DNA of 64,000 bases, taken from Octopus vulgaris. Its lineage: Eukaryota. The stretch covers positions 136,338,001 to 136,402,000 of the forward strand of contig OX597818.1 of the NCBI GenBank assembly GCA_951406725.2, read 5' to 3'. The position numbers and the translations under genes were made by a program. Within the stretch, counting starts at the first letter, position 1. Every line of letters begins with the position of its first letter. Positions 50,272 to 62,524 of this stretch are shown here, in pieces. The notes under the pieces are model-generated. The model was not told the origin of the DNA and ran no database searches. It saw only the letters and a list, made by a program, of their open reading frames with translations.

Positions 50272-53200
50272 ATTTCGACCGAATTTCCCAGAAGTTGAGA
50301 AATCCTCGGAACTTTGGTCGAAAAGCTCATGGAAAGTTCCGGGGATTTCCCAGGTCCCGGTAAATTTGGTCGAAAACCTCATGGAAAGTTCCGGGGATTT
50401 CCAAGGTCCAGGTAAATTTGGTCGAAAAGCTCATGGAAAGTTCCGGGGATTTCCCAGGTCCCGGTAAATTTGGTCGAAAAGCTCATGGAAAGTTCCGGGG
50501 ATTTCCCAGGTCCCGGTAAATTTGATCGAAAACCTCATGGAAAGTTCCGGGGATTTCCCAGCTCCCGGTAAATATGGTCGAAAAGCTCATGGAAAGTGCC
50601 GGGGATTTTCCAGCTACCAGGAAGTTTGGTCGAGAAGCTCATGGAAAGTTCCGGGGATTTCCCAGGTCCCGGTAAAAGTGGTCGAAAGGCTCATGGAAAG
50701 TTCCGGGGATTTCCCAGGTCCCGGTAAATTTGATCGACAAGCTCATGGAAAGTTCCGGGGATTTCCCAGGTCCCGGTAAAAGTGGTCGAAAAGCTCATGG
50801 AAAGTTCCGGGGATTTCCCAAATCCCGGTAAATTTCGTCGAAAACCTCATGGAAAGTTCCGGGGATTTCCCAGGTCCCGTTAAATTTTGTCGAAAAGCTC
50901 ATGGAAAGTTCCGGGGATTTCCCAGGTCCCGGTAAATTTCGTCGAAAAGCTCATGGAAAGTTCCGGGGATTTCCCAGATCCCGGTAAATTTGGTCGAAAA
51001 GCTAATGGAAAGTTCCGGGGATTTCCCAGGTCCCGGTAAAAGTGGTCGAAAAGCTCATGGAAAGTTCCGGGGATTTCCCAGCTCCCGGTAAATTTGATCG
51101 AAAAGCTCATGGAAATTTGCGGGGATTTCCCAGGTCCCGGTAAATTTGATCGAAAACCTCATGGAAAGTTCCGAGGATTCCCCAGCTCCCGGTAAATTTG
51201 GTGGAAAAGCTCATGGAAAGTTCCGGGGATTTCCCAGGTCCCGGTAAATTTCGTCGAAAAGCTCATGGAAAGGCCCGGGGATTTCCCAAATCCCGGTAAA
51301 TTTCGTCGAAAACCTCATGGAAAGTTCCGGGGATTTCACAGGTCCCGTTAAATTTTGTCGAAAAGCTCATGGAAAGTTCCGGGGATTTCCCAGGTCCCAG
51401 TAAATTTCGTCGAAAAGCTCATGGAAAGTTCCGGGGATTTCCCAGATCCCGGTAAATTTGGTCGAAAACCTCATGGAAAGTTCCGGGGATTTCCAAGGTC
51501 CCGTTAAATTTTGTCGAAAAACTCATGGAAAGTTCCGGGGATTTCACAGGACCCGGTAAATTTGATAGAAAAGCTCATGGAAAGTTCCGGGGATTTCCCA
51601 GGTCCCGGTAAATTTGATCGAAAACCTCATGGAAAGTCCGGGGATTCCCAGTTCCCGGTAAATTTGATCGAAAACCTCATGGATAGTACCGGGGATTCCC
51701 CAGCTCCCGGTAAATTTTGTCGAAAAGCTCATGGAAAGTACCGGGGATTTCCCAGGTCCCGGTAAGTTTGGTCGAAAAGCTCATGAAAAGTTCCGGGGAT
51801 TTCCCAGCTCCCGGTAAATTTGGTCGAAAAGCCCATGGAAAGTTCAGGGGGATTTCCCAGTTACCGGTAAATTTGGTCGAAAAGCCCATGGAAAGTTCAG
51901 GGGGATTTCCCAGTTACCGGTAAATTTGGTCGAAAAGCTCATGGAAAGTTCCGGGGATTTCCCAGGTCCCGGTAAATTTGGTCGAAAAGCTCATGGAAAG
52001 TTCCGGGGATTTCCCATATCCCGGTAAATTTGGTCGAAAAGCTCATGGAAAGTTCCGGGGATTTCCCAGGTCCCGTTAAATTTGGTCGAAAAGCTCATGG
52101 AAAGTTCCGGGGATTTCCCAGATCCCGGTAAATTTGGTCGAAAACCTCATGGAAAGTTCCAGGGATTTCCCTGGTCCCGGTAAATTTGGTCGAAAAGCTC
52201 ATGGAAAGTTCCGGGGATTTCCCAGGTTCCGGTAGATTTCGTCGAAAAGCTCATGGAAAGTTCCGGGGATTTCCCAGATCCCGGTAAATTTGGTCGAAAA
52301 GCTCATGGAAAGTTCTGGGGATTTCCCAGCTCCCGGTAAATTTGGTCGAAAAGCTCGTGGAAACACCCGGGGATTTTTCAGCTCTCGGGGAGTTTGTTCG
52401 AAAAGCTCATGGAAAGTTCCGAGGATTCCCTAGCTCCCGGTAAATTTGGTCGAAAATTTCGAAGGGGATTTCCAAGGTCCAGGTAAATTTGGTCGAAAAG
52501 CTCATGGAAAGTTCCGGGGATTTCCCAGGTCCCGGTAAATTTGGTCGAAAAGCTCATGGAAATTTGCGAGGATTTCCCAGGTCCCGGTAAATTTGATCGA
52601 AAACCTCATGGAAAGTTCCGGGGATTTCCCAGCTCCCGGTAAATTTGGTCGAAAAGCTCATGGAAAGTTCCGGGGATTTTCCAGCTCCCAGGAAGTTTGG
52701 TCGAAAAGCTCATGGAAAGTTCCGGGGATTTCCCAGCTCCCGGTAAATTTGGTCGAAAAGCTCATGGAAAGTTCCGGGGATTTACCAGCTCCCGGTAAAT
52801 TTGGTCGAAAAGCTCATGGAAAGTTCCGGGGATTTCCCAGGTCCCGGTAAATTTGATAGAAAACCTCATGGAAAGTACCGGGGATTTCCCAGCTCACGGT
52901 AAATATGGTCGAAAAGCTCATGGAAAGTTCCGGGGATTTTCCAGCTCCAGGGAAGTTTGGTCGAAAAGCTCATGGAAAGTTCCGGGGATTTTCCAGCTCC
53001 AGAGAAGTTTGCTCGAAAAGCTCATGGAAAGTTCCGGCGATTTCCCAGGTCCCGGTGAATTTGATCGAAAAGCTCATGGAAAGTTCCAGGGATTACCCAG
53101 CTCCCAGTCAATTTGATCGAAAAGCTCATGGAAAGTTCCGGGGGTTACCCAGCTCCCAGTAAATTTAGTCAAAAAGCTCATGGAAAGTTGCGGGGATTTC

Positions 53201-56200
53201 CCAGGTCCCGGTAAATTTGGTCGAAAAGCTCATGGAAAGTTCCGGGGATTTCTCAGGTCCCGGTAAATTCGATCGAAAAGCTCATGGAAAGTTCCGGGGA
53301 TTTCCCAGGTCCCGGTAAATTTGATCGAAAACCTCATGGAAAGTCCGGGGATTCCCCAGTTCCCGGTAAATTTGATCGAAAACCTCATGGATAGTACCGG
53401 GGATTCCCCAGCTCCCGGTAAATTTTGTCGAAAAGCTCATGGAAAGTACCGGGGATTTCCCAGGTCCCGGTAAGTTTGGTCGAAAAGCTCATGAAAAGTT
53501 CCGGGGATTTCCCAGCTCCCGGTAAATTTGGTCGAAAAGCCCATGGAAAGTTCAGGGGGATTTCCCAGTTACCGGTAAATTTGGTCGAAAAGCCCATGGA
53601 AAGTTCAGGGGGATTTCCCAGTTACCGGGAAGTTTGGTCGAAAAGCTCATGGGAAGTTGCGGGGATTTCCCAGCTCCCGGTCAATTTCGTCGAAAAGCTC
53701 ATGGAAAGTTCCGGGGATTTCCCAGGTCCCGGTAAATTTGGTCGAAAAGCTCATGGAGAGTTCCGGGGATTTCCCAGATCCCGGTAAATTTGGTCGAAAA
53801 CCTCATATAAAAAGTTCCGGGGATTTCCCTGGTCCCGGTAAATTTCGTCGAAAAGCTCATGGAAAGTTCAGGTGATTTCCCAGATCTCGGTAAATTTGGT
53901 CGAAAAGCTCATGGAAAGTTCCGGGGATTTCCCAGGTCCCGTTAAAAGTGGTCGAAAAGCTCATGGAAAGTTCCGGGGATTTCCCAGGTCCCGGGAAGTT
54001 TGGTCGAAAAGCTCATGGAAAGTTCCGGGGATTTCCCTGCTCCCGGGAAGTTTGGTCGAAAAGCTCATGGGATGTTCCGGGGATTTCCCAGGTCCCGTTA
54101 AATTTCGTCGAAAAGCTCATGGAAAGTTGCGGGGATTTCCCAGGTCCCGGTAAATTTCGTCGAAAAGCTCATGGAAAGTTCCGGGGATTTCCCATATCCC
54201 GGTAAATTTGGTCGAAAAGCTCATGGAAAGTCCGGGGATTCCCCAGTTCCCGGTAAATTTGATCGAAAACCTCATGGATAGTACCGGGGATTCCCCAGCT
54301 CCCGGTAAATTTTGTCGAAAAGCTCATGGAAAGTACCGGGGATTTCCCAGGTCCCGGTAAGTTTGGTCGAAAAGCTCATGAAAAGTTCCGGGGATTTCCC
54401 AGCTCCCGGTAAATTTCGTCGAAAAGCTCATGGAGAGTTCCGGGGATTTCCCAGATCCCGGTAAATTTGGTCGAAAACCTCATATAAAAAGTTCCGGGGA
54501 TTTCCCTGGTCCCGGTAAATTTCGTCGAAAAGCTCATGGAAAGTTCAGGTGATTTCCCAGATCTCGGTAAATTTGGTCGAAAAGCTCATGGAAAGTTCCG
54601 GGGATTTCCCAGGTCCCGTTAAAAGTGGTCGAAAAGCTCATGGAAAGTTCCGGGGATTTCCCAGGTCCCGGGAAGTTTGGTCGAAAAGCTCATTGAAAGT
54701 TCCGGGGATTTCCCTGCTCCCGGGAAGTTTGGTCGAAAAGCTCATGGGATGTTCCGGGGATTTCCCTGGTCCCGTTAAATTTCGTCGAAAAGCTCATGGA
54801 AAGTTGCGGGGATTTCCCAGGTCCCGGTAAATTTCGTCGAAAAGCTCATGGAAAGTTCCGGGGATTTCCCATATCCCGGTAAATTTGGACGAAAAGCTCA
54901 TGGAAAGTTCCGGGGATTTCCCAGGACCCGTTAAAAGTGGTCGAAAAGCTCATGGAAAGTTCCGGGGATTTCCCAGCTCCCGGTAAATTTGGTCGAAAAG
55001 CTCATGGAAAGTTCTGGGGATTTCCCTGGTCCCGGTAAATTTCGTCGAAAAGCTCATGGAAAGTTCCGGGGATTTCCTAGGTTCCGGTAGATTTCGTCGA
55101 AAAGCTCATGGAAAGTTCTGGGGATTTCCCTGGTCCCGGTAAATTTCGTCGAAAAGCTCATGGAAAGTTCCGGGGATTTCCCAGGTTCCGGTAGATTTCG
55201 TCGAAAAGCTCATGGAAAGTTCCGGGGTTTCCCAGATCCCGGTAAATTTGGTCGGAAAGCTCATGGAAAGTTCCGGGGATTTCCCAGGTCCCGTTAAAAG
55301 TGGTCGAAAAGCTCATGGAAAGTTCCGGGGATTTCCCAGCCCCCGGTAAATTTAGTCCAAAACCTCATGGAAAGTTCCGGGGATTTTCCAGCTCCCGGGA
55401 AGTTTGGTCGAAAAGCTCATGGGAAATTGCGGGAATTTCCCAGCTCCCGGTCAATTTCGTCGAAAAGCTCATGGAAAGTTCCGGGGATTTCTTAGGTCCC
55501 GGTAAATTCCGTCGAAAAGCTCATGGAAAGTTCCGGGGATTTCCCAGATCCCGGTAAATTTTGTCGAAAAGCTCATGGAAAGTTCCGGGGTTTCCCAGGT
55601 CCCGGTAAAAGTGGTCGAAAAGCTCATGGAAAGCTCCGGGGATTTCCCAGGTCCCGGTAAGTTTGGTCGAAAAGCTCATTGAAAGTTCCGGTGATTTCCC
55701 AGCTCCCGGGAAGTTTGGTCGAAAAGCTCATGGAATGTCCCGGGGATTTCCCAGGTCCCGTTAAATTTAGTCGAAAAGCTCATGGAAAGTTCCGGGGATT
55801 TCCCAGATCCCGGTAAATTTGGTCGAAAACCTCATGGAAAGTTCCAGGGATTTCCCTGGTCCCGGTAAATTTCGTCGAAAAGCTCATGGAAAGTTCAGGG
55901 GATTTCCCAGATCTCGGTAAATTTGGTCGAAAAGCTCATGGAAAGTTCCGGGGATTTCCCAGGTCCCGTTAAAAGTGGTCGAAAAGCTCATGGAAACTTC
56001 CGGGGATTTCCCAGCTACCGGTAAATTTGGTCGAAAAGCTCATGGAAAGTTCCAGGGATTTTCCAGCTCCCGGGAACTTTGGTAGAAAAGCTCATGGAAA
56101 GTTCCGGGGATTTCCCAGTTACCGGTAAGTTTGGTCGAAAAGCTCATGGAAAGTTCCGGGGATTTCCCAGGTCCAGGTGAATTTGGTCGGAAACCTCATG

Positions 56201-58100
56201 GAAAGTTCCGGGGATACCCAGCTCCCGGTAAATATGGTCGAAAAGCTCATGGAAAGTTCCGGGGATTTCCCAGGTCCCGGGAAGTTTGGTCGAAAAGCTC
56301 ATTGAAAGTTCCGGGGATTTCCCTGCTCCCTGGAAGTTTGGTCGAAAATCTCATGGGATGTTCCGGAGATTTCCCAGGTCCCGTTAAATTTCGTCGAAAA
56401 TCTCATGGAAAGTTGCGGGGATTTCCCAGGTCCCGGTAAATTTCGTCGAAAAGCTCATGGAAAGTTCCGGGGATTTCCCATATCCCGGTAAATTTGGACG
56501 AAAAGCTCATGGAAAGTTCCGGGGATTTCCCAGGTCCCGTTAAAAGTGGTCGAAAAGCTCATGGAAAGTTCCGGGGATTTCCCAGCTCCCGGTAAATTTG
56601 GTCGAAAAGCTCATGGAAAGTTCTGGGGATTTCCCTGGTCCCGGTAAATTTCGTCGAAAAGCTCATGGAAAGTTCCGGGGATTTCCCAGGTTCTGGTAGA
56701 TTTCGTCGAAAAGCTCATGGAAAGTTCTGGGGATTTCCTGGTCCCGGTAAATTTCGTCGAAAAGCTCATGGAAAGTTCCGGGGATTTCCCAGGTTCCGGT
56801 AGATTTCGTCGAAAAGCTCATGGAAAGTTCCGGGGTTTCCCAGATCCCGGTAAATTTGGTCGGAAAGCTCATGGAAAGTTCCGGGGATTTCCCAGGTCCC
56901 GTTAAAAGTGGTCGAAAAGCTCATGGAAAGTTCCGGGGATTTCCCAGCTCCCGGTAAATTTAGTCCAAAACCTCATGGAAAGTTCCGGGATTTTCCAGCT
57001 CCCGGGAAGTTTTGTCGAAAAGCTCATGGGAAGTTGCGGGAATTTCCCAGCTCCCGGTCAATTTCGTCGAAAAGCTCATGGAAAGTTCCGGGGATTTCTT
57101 AGGTCCCGGTAAATTCCGTCGAAAAGCTCATGGAAAGTTCCGGGGATTTCCCAGATCCCGGTAAATTTTGTCGAAAAGCTCATGGAAAGTTCCGGGGATT
57201 TCCCAGGTCCCGGTAAAAGTGGTCGAAAAGCTCATGGAATGTTCCGGGGATTTCCTAGGTCCCGGTAAGTTTGGTCGAAAAGCTCATTGAAAGTTCCGGT
57301 GATTTCCCAGCTCCCGGGAAGTTTGGTCGAAAAGCTCAAGGAATGTCCCGGGGATTTCCCAGGTCCCGTTAAATTTAGTCGAAAAGCTCATGGAAAGTTC
57401 CGGGATTTCCCAGATCCCGGTAAATTTGGTCGAAAACCTCATGGAAAGTTCCAGGGATTTCCCATGTCCCGGTAAATTTCGTCGAAAAGCTCATGGAAAG
57501 TTCAGGGGATTTCCCAGATCTCGGTAAATTTGGTCGAAAAGCTCATGGAAAGTTCCGGGGATTTCCCAGGTCCCGTTAAAAGTGGTCGAAAAGCTCATGG
57601 AAACTTCCGGGGATTTCCCAGCTCCCGGTAAATTTGGTCGAAAAGCTCATGGAAAGTTCCAGGGATTTTCCAGCTCCCGGGAACTTTGGTCGAAAAGCTC
57701 ATGGAAAGTTCCGGGGATTTCCCAGTTACCGGTAAGTTTGGTCGAAAAGCTCATGGAAAGTTCCGGGGATTTCCCAGGTCCAGGTGAATTTGGTCGGAAA
57801 CCTCATGGAAAGTTCCGGGGATACCCAGCTCCCAGTAAATATGGTCGAAAAGCTCATGGAAAGTTCCGGGGATTTCCCAGGTCCCGGGAAGTTTGGTCGA
57901 AAAGCTCATTGAAAGTTCCGGGGATTTCCCTGCTCCCTGGAAGTTTGGTCGAAAAGCTCATGGGATGTTCCGGGGATTTCCCAGGTCCCGTTAAATTTCG
58001 TCGAAAATCTCATGGAAAGTTCCGGGGATTTCCCAGGTCCCGGTAAATTTCGTCGAAAAGCTCATGGAAAGTTCCGGGGATTTCCCATATCCGGGGATTT
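50272..58100 (+). repeat. 52-bp satellite, about 150 monomers (ggtcgaaaagctcatggaaagttccggggatttcccaggtcccggtaaattt)
   Basis: Period measured directly (ggtcg at 50316 and 50368); variant runs duplicated at offsets of about 677, 1608 and 1708 bp. Confidence 0.97.
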
Positions 58101-59317
58101 TCTTTATCTTTTAGTTAGATGGGAAGTCAGTACCCATGACAGTTATTAGAGTCATTCAGTTTCTTGTTTTGAGAGTTAATCATAAAACATTGCAGCCACA
58201 TCAAGACAGTTAGGATCAGTCAATGCTCATCTGAATCCTGCTTGTAATGCCATTTGTTGTGAAAATCAGTTTAAGGTCAAATGGCAAAGTCATTACAGTG
58301 ATGGGTAGAATACTTTGTGATATTTACTCTAGCTCTCTGCGCTCTGGGTTCAAATCCTGTTGAAGTCAGCTCTGCTTCTTATCCTTTCAGGGTTGATTGG
58401 CAGAACTGTTAGATCAGATAAGAAATGCCTTGCAGTATATTTCTTGGTTCTATGCATTCTGATAGCAATGCTAGCAATACATTGATGCCAAGCTGTATGG
58501 GACTAAGTTGGTAACCTTTTCTCTTGGATAAAAAATCAGTGAAATAGAAAGATGTAACTTTTTCTGACAACAGTTGCAATGACACTGTTGCCAAGGCTAT
58601 ATCGGCCCAAGTCAATGGCCTTTCCCTTGGACAAACATCAATAGCTTAGAGAGAAGAGACTTCCATACATGGACAAGTGCTAGTTTTCATCAAAAAGTCT
58701 TGCACAGACCTGCACAAATATGCACAAATGCATGGTTAATATTGACTGATGGAAGATCAGCCTAGCTACATCTTCAAGTTTTTATTTAGCTAAAGGTAAT
58801 ATCTTCATCTCTATATCTAACAGCTGTGTAAATATATTCTCATAATCTTAGATCCATTCTATTTCTTTAGTGTAAAATTCTCAAGAGAAAAGTATGTTTT
58901 TCCCTTGTAATTCCATTTTTCCAAAATGTCATTCTTTTAAACATCCCACTCGAACATTTGTTCATGTTTGAAGTATAATTATTGCCAAATTTTTGCCTGT
59001 AGTGACCTTAAAGGAAATATATTCTCAATTTCATGCTAAAATTCTCTAATCTCAATTCTCCTATCAACTGATTATAGACTTCCATTGTATTTGTTCACAT
59101 CAAGGTATGGTGACTATTACTGTTGAGAGAATTGATTCAAAGTGAATCCTTGGACACCCTTTTCAGTATAGGTATTTTCTCATCCTCTCAACCTGTCCAA
59201 CTAGTAATCAATACTGAAGTAAGCTGTTATTAATATATTTATTAGTTCTTGTAAACTAGATATCTTTTTCTCATTGCATAATTGTATTTTAGTTCACTTT
59301 TCACACTACATGCTTTA

Positions 59318-59802
59318 TCTATCTATCTATCTATCTATCCACTCAGTCGAAGTCGACTCTCAGTTACTCCATGGATCAGTGTCCTCCAGTCAGTTCTATC
59401 CTGGGCTGCTTCTTTCAGATTTGCTATGTCCATTCTAGTATCACTCTTGATGGTGTCAAGCCAGCGGGTTCTTGGTCGGCCTCTTCCTCTCTTGCCACTG
59501 ACAATTCCGAGCATGATGTCCTTCTCCAGGGATTTTCTCTGCATAATATGACCGAAATATGCCTATCTATGCTTAGTGATCCTTGCTTCTAGCGACATTT
59601 TCGGCCTGATCTGCTTAAGAACTTCTCCATTGGTGAGTCTTGCTGTCCATGGAATCTGTAAAAGTCTTCTCCAACACCAAAGCTCGAATGCATTAATTCT
59701 CTTCTGGTCAGCTTTCTTTAGTATCCAGGTCTCGCATATCCATACGTTGCTATTGGGAAGACAATTGCATTTGGTAGCGAGTCTGATGTCTCTACTCTTC
59801 CA
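59318..59802 (-). mobile_element. BovB-like RTE LINE 3' fragment with (ATAG)n tail
   Basis: RINAFELWCWRRLLQIPWTAR...LEKDIMLG...RGRPRTRWLD...WRTLIHGVTESRLRL. Confidence 0.85.
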
Positions 59803-60687
59803 TAGCATTCAAATTATTCCGTCAAATGTAATACTTTTTCATTCACATTGTTTTGAATTAGCCATTTGTTATTTTGTATCTTCCAGATTTTGATAACGTG
59901 AGTGTTTAATTTTAGAATGAGATTGTAGGTTGGTGTGAGAGGCTGGACATGGTCAGTTTGAACATAAAACATGTAGAATATTTGGGCCAAATATGGCTGG
60001 TTTAAATATTAAATGGTTAAATATATCAGCAGGAACTAGACTGTTGTGTACATGTGGATAGTGTGTTCATTTTGAACAAACATGTGGCTGAGATAACTCT
60101 TCAGTGTTGTCAAAGACAAGATGACCTCTTTAATGCAGGTGCTATGATAAAAGATACTCAACACAGTTTGTAAAAGAATTAGTGATTGATCATTCAGCTT
60201 AACAGTCTGTCTTCTCACCACAAAAATAATTTTAATTAATTTCTTGTGACAGTGGCTTAATTATATTTGCACCAAAATTACTATTTAACTAGCCCTTTAA
60301 ATTTCCACTTCCTTTATTCTCACATCAAAAACTCATACCTTCTTCCAATCACAACTTACACCTTGTTGAAGCTCTAGCTTAAGTTATGCAATTATTGAAA
60401 TTTTCACTAGAAAAAGATATTGGCAACACGTAGATGTATATTTATTGGAATGTCTTCAATATTTTTTTTTTCTATGAGAATGTCTGCAATATTTTATCAG
60501 ATTTTTTTTGCTTTTAGAACTTTACTACAATGCTGCAAATATTAAACATCAATTTCATAAGCTACTATAGCACTTTTACAGAGTCTCTACTTATCAATAC
60601 AGGATTACCATTGCCTATATTGCATAGTCTACAGTTTAGCTTCAAATGTTGTTCACAAAGTTAAGGTTTTTGAGAGAATCACCAATA

Positions 60688-60996
60688 TCATTATCATCAT
60701 CGTCATCGTTTAACGTCCGTTTTCCATGCTAGCATGGGTTGGACAGTTTGACTGGGGTCTGGGAAGTCAGGAGGCTGCACCAGGCTCCAGTCTGATCTGG
60801 CAGTGTTTCTACAGCTGGATGCCCTTCCTAACGCCAACCACTCCATGAGTGTAGTGGGTGCTTTTTACGTGCCACCGGAACAGGTGCCAGGAGCGGCTGG
60901 CAACGGCCACGATTGGTTGGTGCTTTTTACATGCCACCGGCATGGAAGCCAGGCTGGCATCGGCCACATTCGGATGGTGCTTTTTACGTGCCACCG
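60688..60996 (-). mobile_element. RTE 3'UTR fragment
   Basis: Reverse complement of the 44130-44420 type. Confidence 0.85.
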
Positions 60997-61071
60997 AATA
61001 TTATAGAATTTAAATCATAAATCAGATATTAAAATAAACCACCAGTTTTACACTATATATACAAATGCACT

Positions 61072-61288
61072 GGCGGAATTTGAACTCAGAACGTAACGGT
61101 AGCCGTATTTCGTCTGCTGTTACGTTCTGAGTTCAAATTCCGCCGAGGTCGACTTTGCCTTTCATCCTTTCGGGGTTGATAAATAAAGTACCAGTTATGT
61201 ACTGGGGTCGATGTAATCGACTTAATCCATTTGTCTGTCTTTGTTTGTCCTCTCTGTGTTTAGCCCCTTGTGGGCAATAAAGAAATAT
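61072..61288 (+). mobile_element. SINE family B with a fold-back (inverted) 5' end
   Basis: 61072-61102 is the reverse complement of 61114-61144. Confidence 0.85.
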
Positions 61289-61294
61289 ATATAT

Positions 61295-61364
61295 GGCGAC
61301 GGACTTGGTAAACACCTACAAAGTTATCAACCACCTCACCAACAACAACACTGAACACCTTTTT
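61295..61364 (+). mobile_element. short CR1-like fragment abutting the satellite
   Basis: ATDLVNTYKVINHLTNNNTEHLF is homologous to AADLADTHKIINHRTNNNSEHLF in the 34210-34785 element. Confidence 0.7.
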
Positions 61365-62524
61365 CCCTGGTCCCGGTAAATTTGGTCGAAAAGCTCATGG
61401 AAAGTTCCGGGGATTTTGACGGTAAATTTGGTCGAAAACCTCATGGAAAGTTCCAGGGATTTTCCAGCTCCCAGGAAGTTTGGTCGAAAAGCTCATGGAA
61501 GGTTCCGGGGATACCCAGCTCCTGGTAAATATGGTCGAAAAGCTCATGGAAATTTCCGGGGTTACCTAGTTCCCGGTAAGTTTGGTCGAAAAGCTCACGG
61601 AAAGTTCCGGGGATTACCGAGGTCCCGGTAAATTTGGTCGAAAAGCTCATGGAAAGTTCCGTGGAATTTCTATCTCCCGGGAAGTTTGGTCGGAAACCTC
61701 ATGGAAAGTTCCGGGGATTTCCCAGGTCCCGTTAAATTTCGTCGAAAAGCTCATGGAAAGTTCCGGGGATTTCCCAGATCCCGGTAAATTTTGTCGAAAA
61801 GCTAATGGAAAGTTCCGGGGATTTCCCAGGTCCCGGTAAAAGTGGGCGAAAAGCTCATGGAAAGTTCCGGGATTTCCCAGATCCCGGTAAATTTGATCGA
61901 AAAGCTCATGGGAAGTTCCGGGGATTTCCCAGGTCCCGGTAAAAGTGGTCGAAAAGCTCATGGAAAGTTCCGGGGATTTCCCAGGTCCCGTTAAATTTCG
62001 TCGAAAAGCTCATGGAAAGTTCCGGGGATTTCCCATGTCCCGTTAAATTTTGTCGAAAAGCTCATGGAAAGTTCCGGGGATTTCCCAGGTCCCGGCAAAT
62101 TTCGTCGAAAAGCTCATGGATAGTTCCGGGGATTTCCCAGATCCCGGTAAATTTGGTCGAAAAGCTAATGGAAAGTTCCGGGGATTTCCCAGGTCCCGGT
62201 AAAAGTGGTCGAAAAGCTCATGGAAAGTTCCGGGGATTTCCCAGCTCCCGTTAAATTTGATCGAAAAGCTCATGGAAATTTGCGGGGATTTCCCAGGTCC
62301 CGGTAAATTTGATCGAAAACCTCATGGGAAGTTCCGAGGATTCCCCAGCTCCCGGTAAATTTGGTGGAAAAGCTCATGGAAATTTCCGGGGATTTCCAGC
62401 TCCCGGTAAATTTAGTCCAAACCTCATGGAAAGTTCCGGGGATTTTCCAGCTCCCGGGAAGTTTGGTCGAAAAGCTCATGGGAAGTTCCGGGGATTTCCC
62501 AGGTCCCGTTAAATTTTGTCGAAA
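61362..62524 (+). repeat. 52-bp satellite, second block, forward (about 22 monomers)
   Basis: Same monomer; the segment near 62043-62273 closely matches 50880-51110. Confidence 0.95.
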
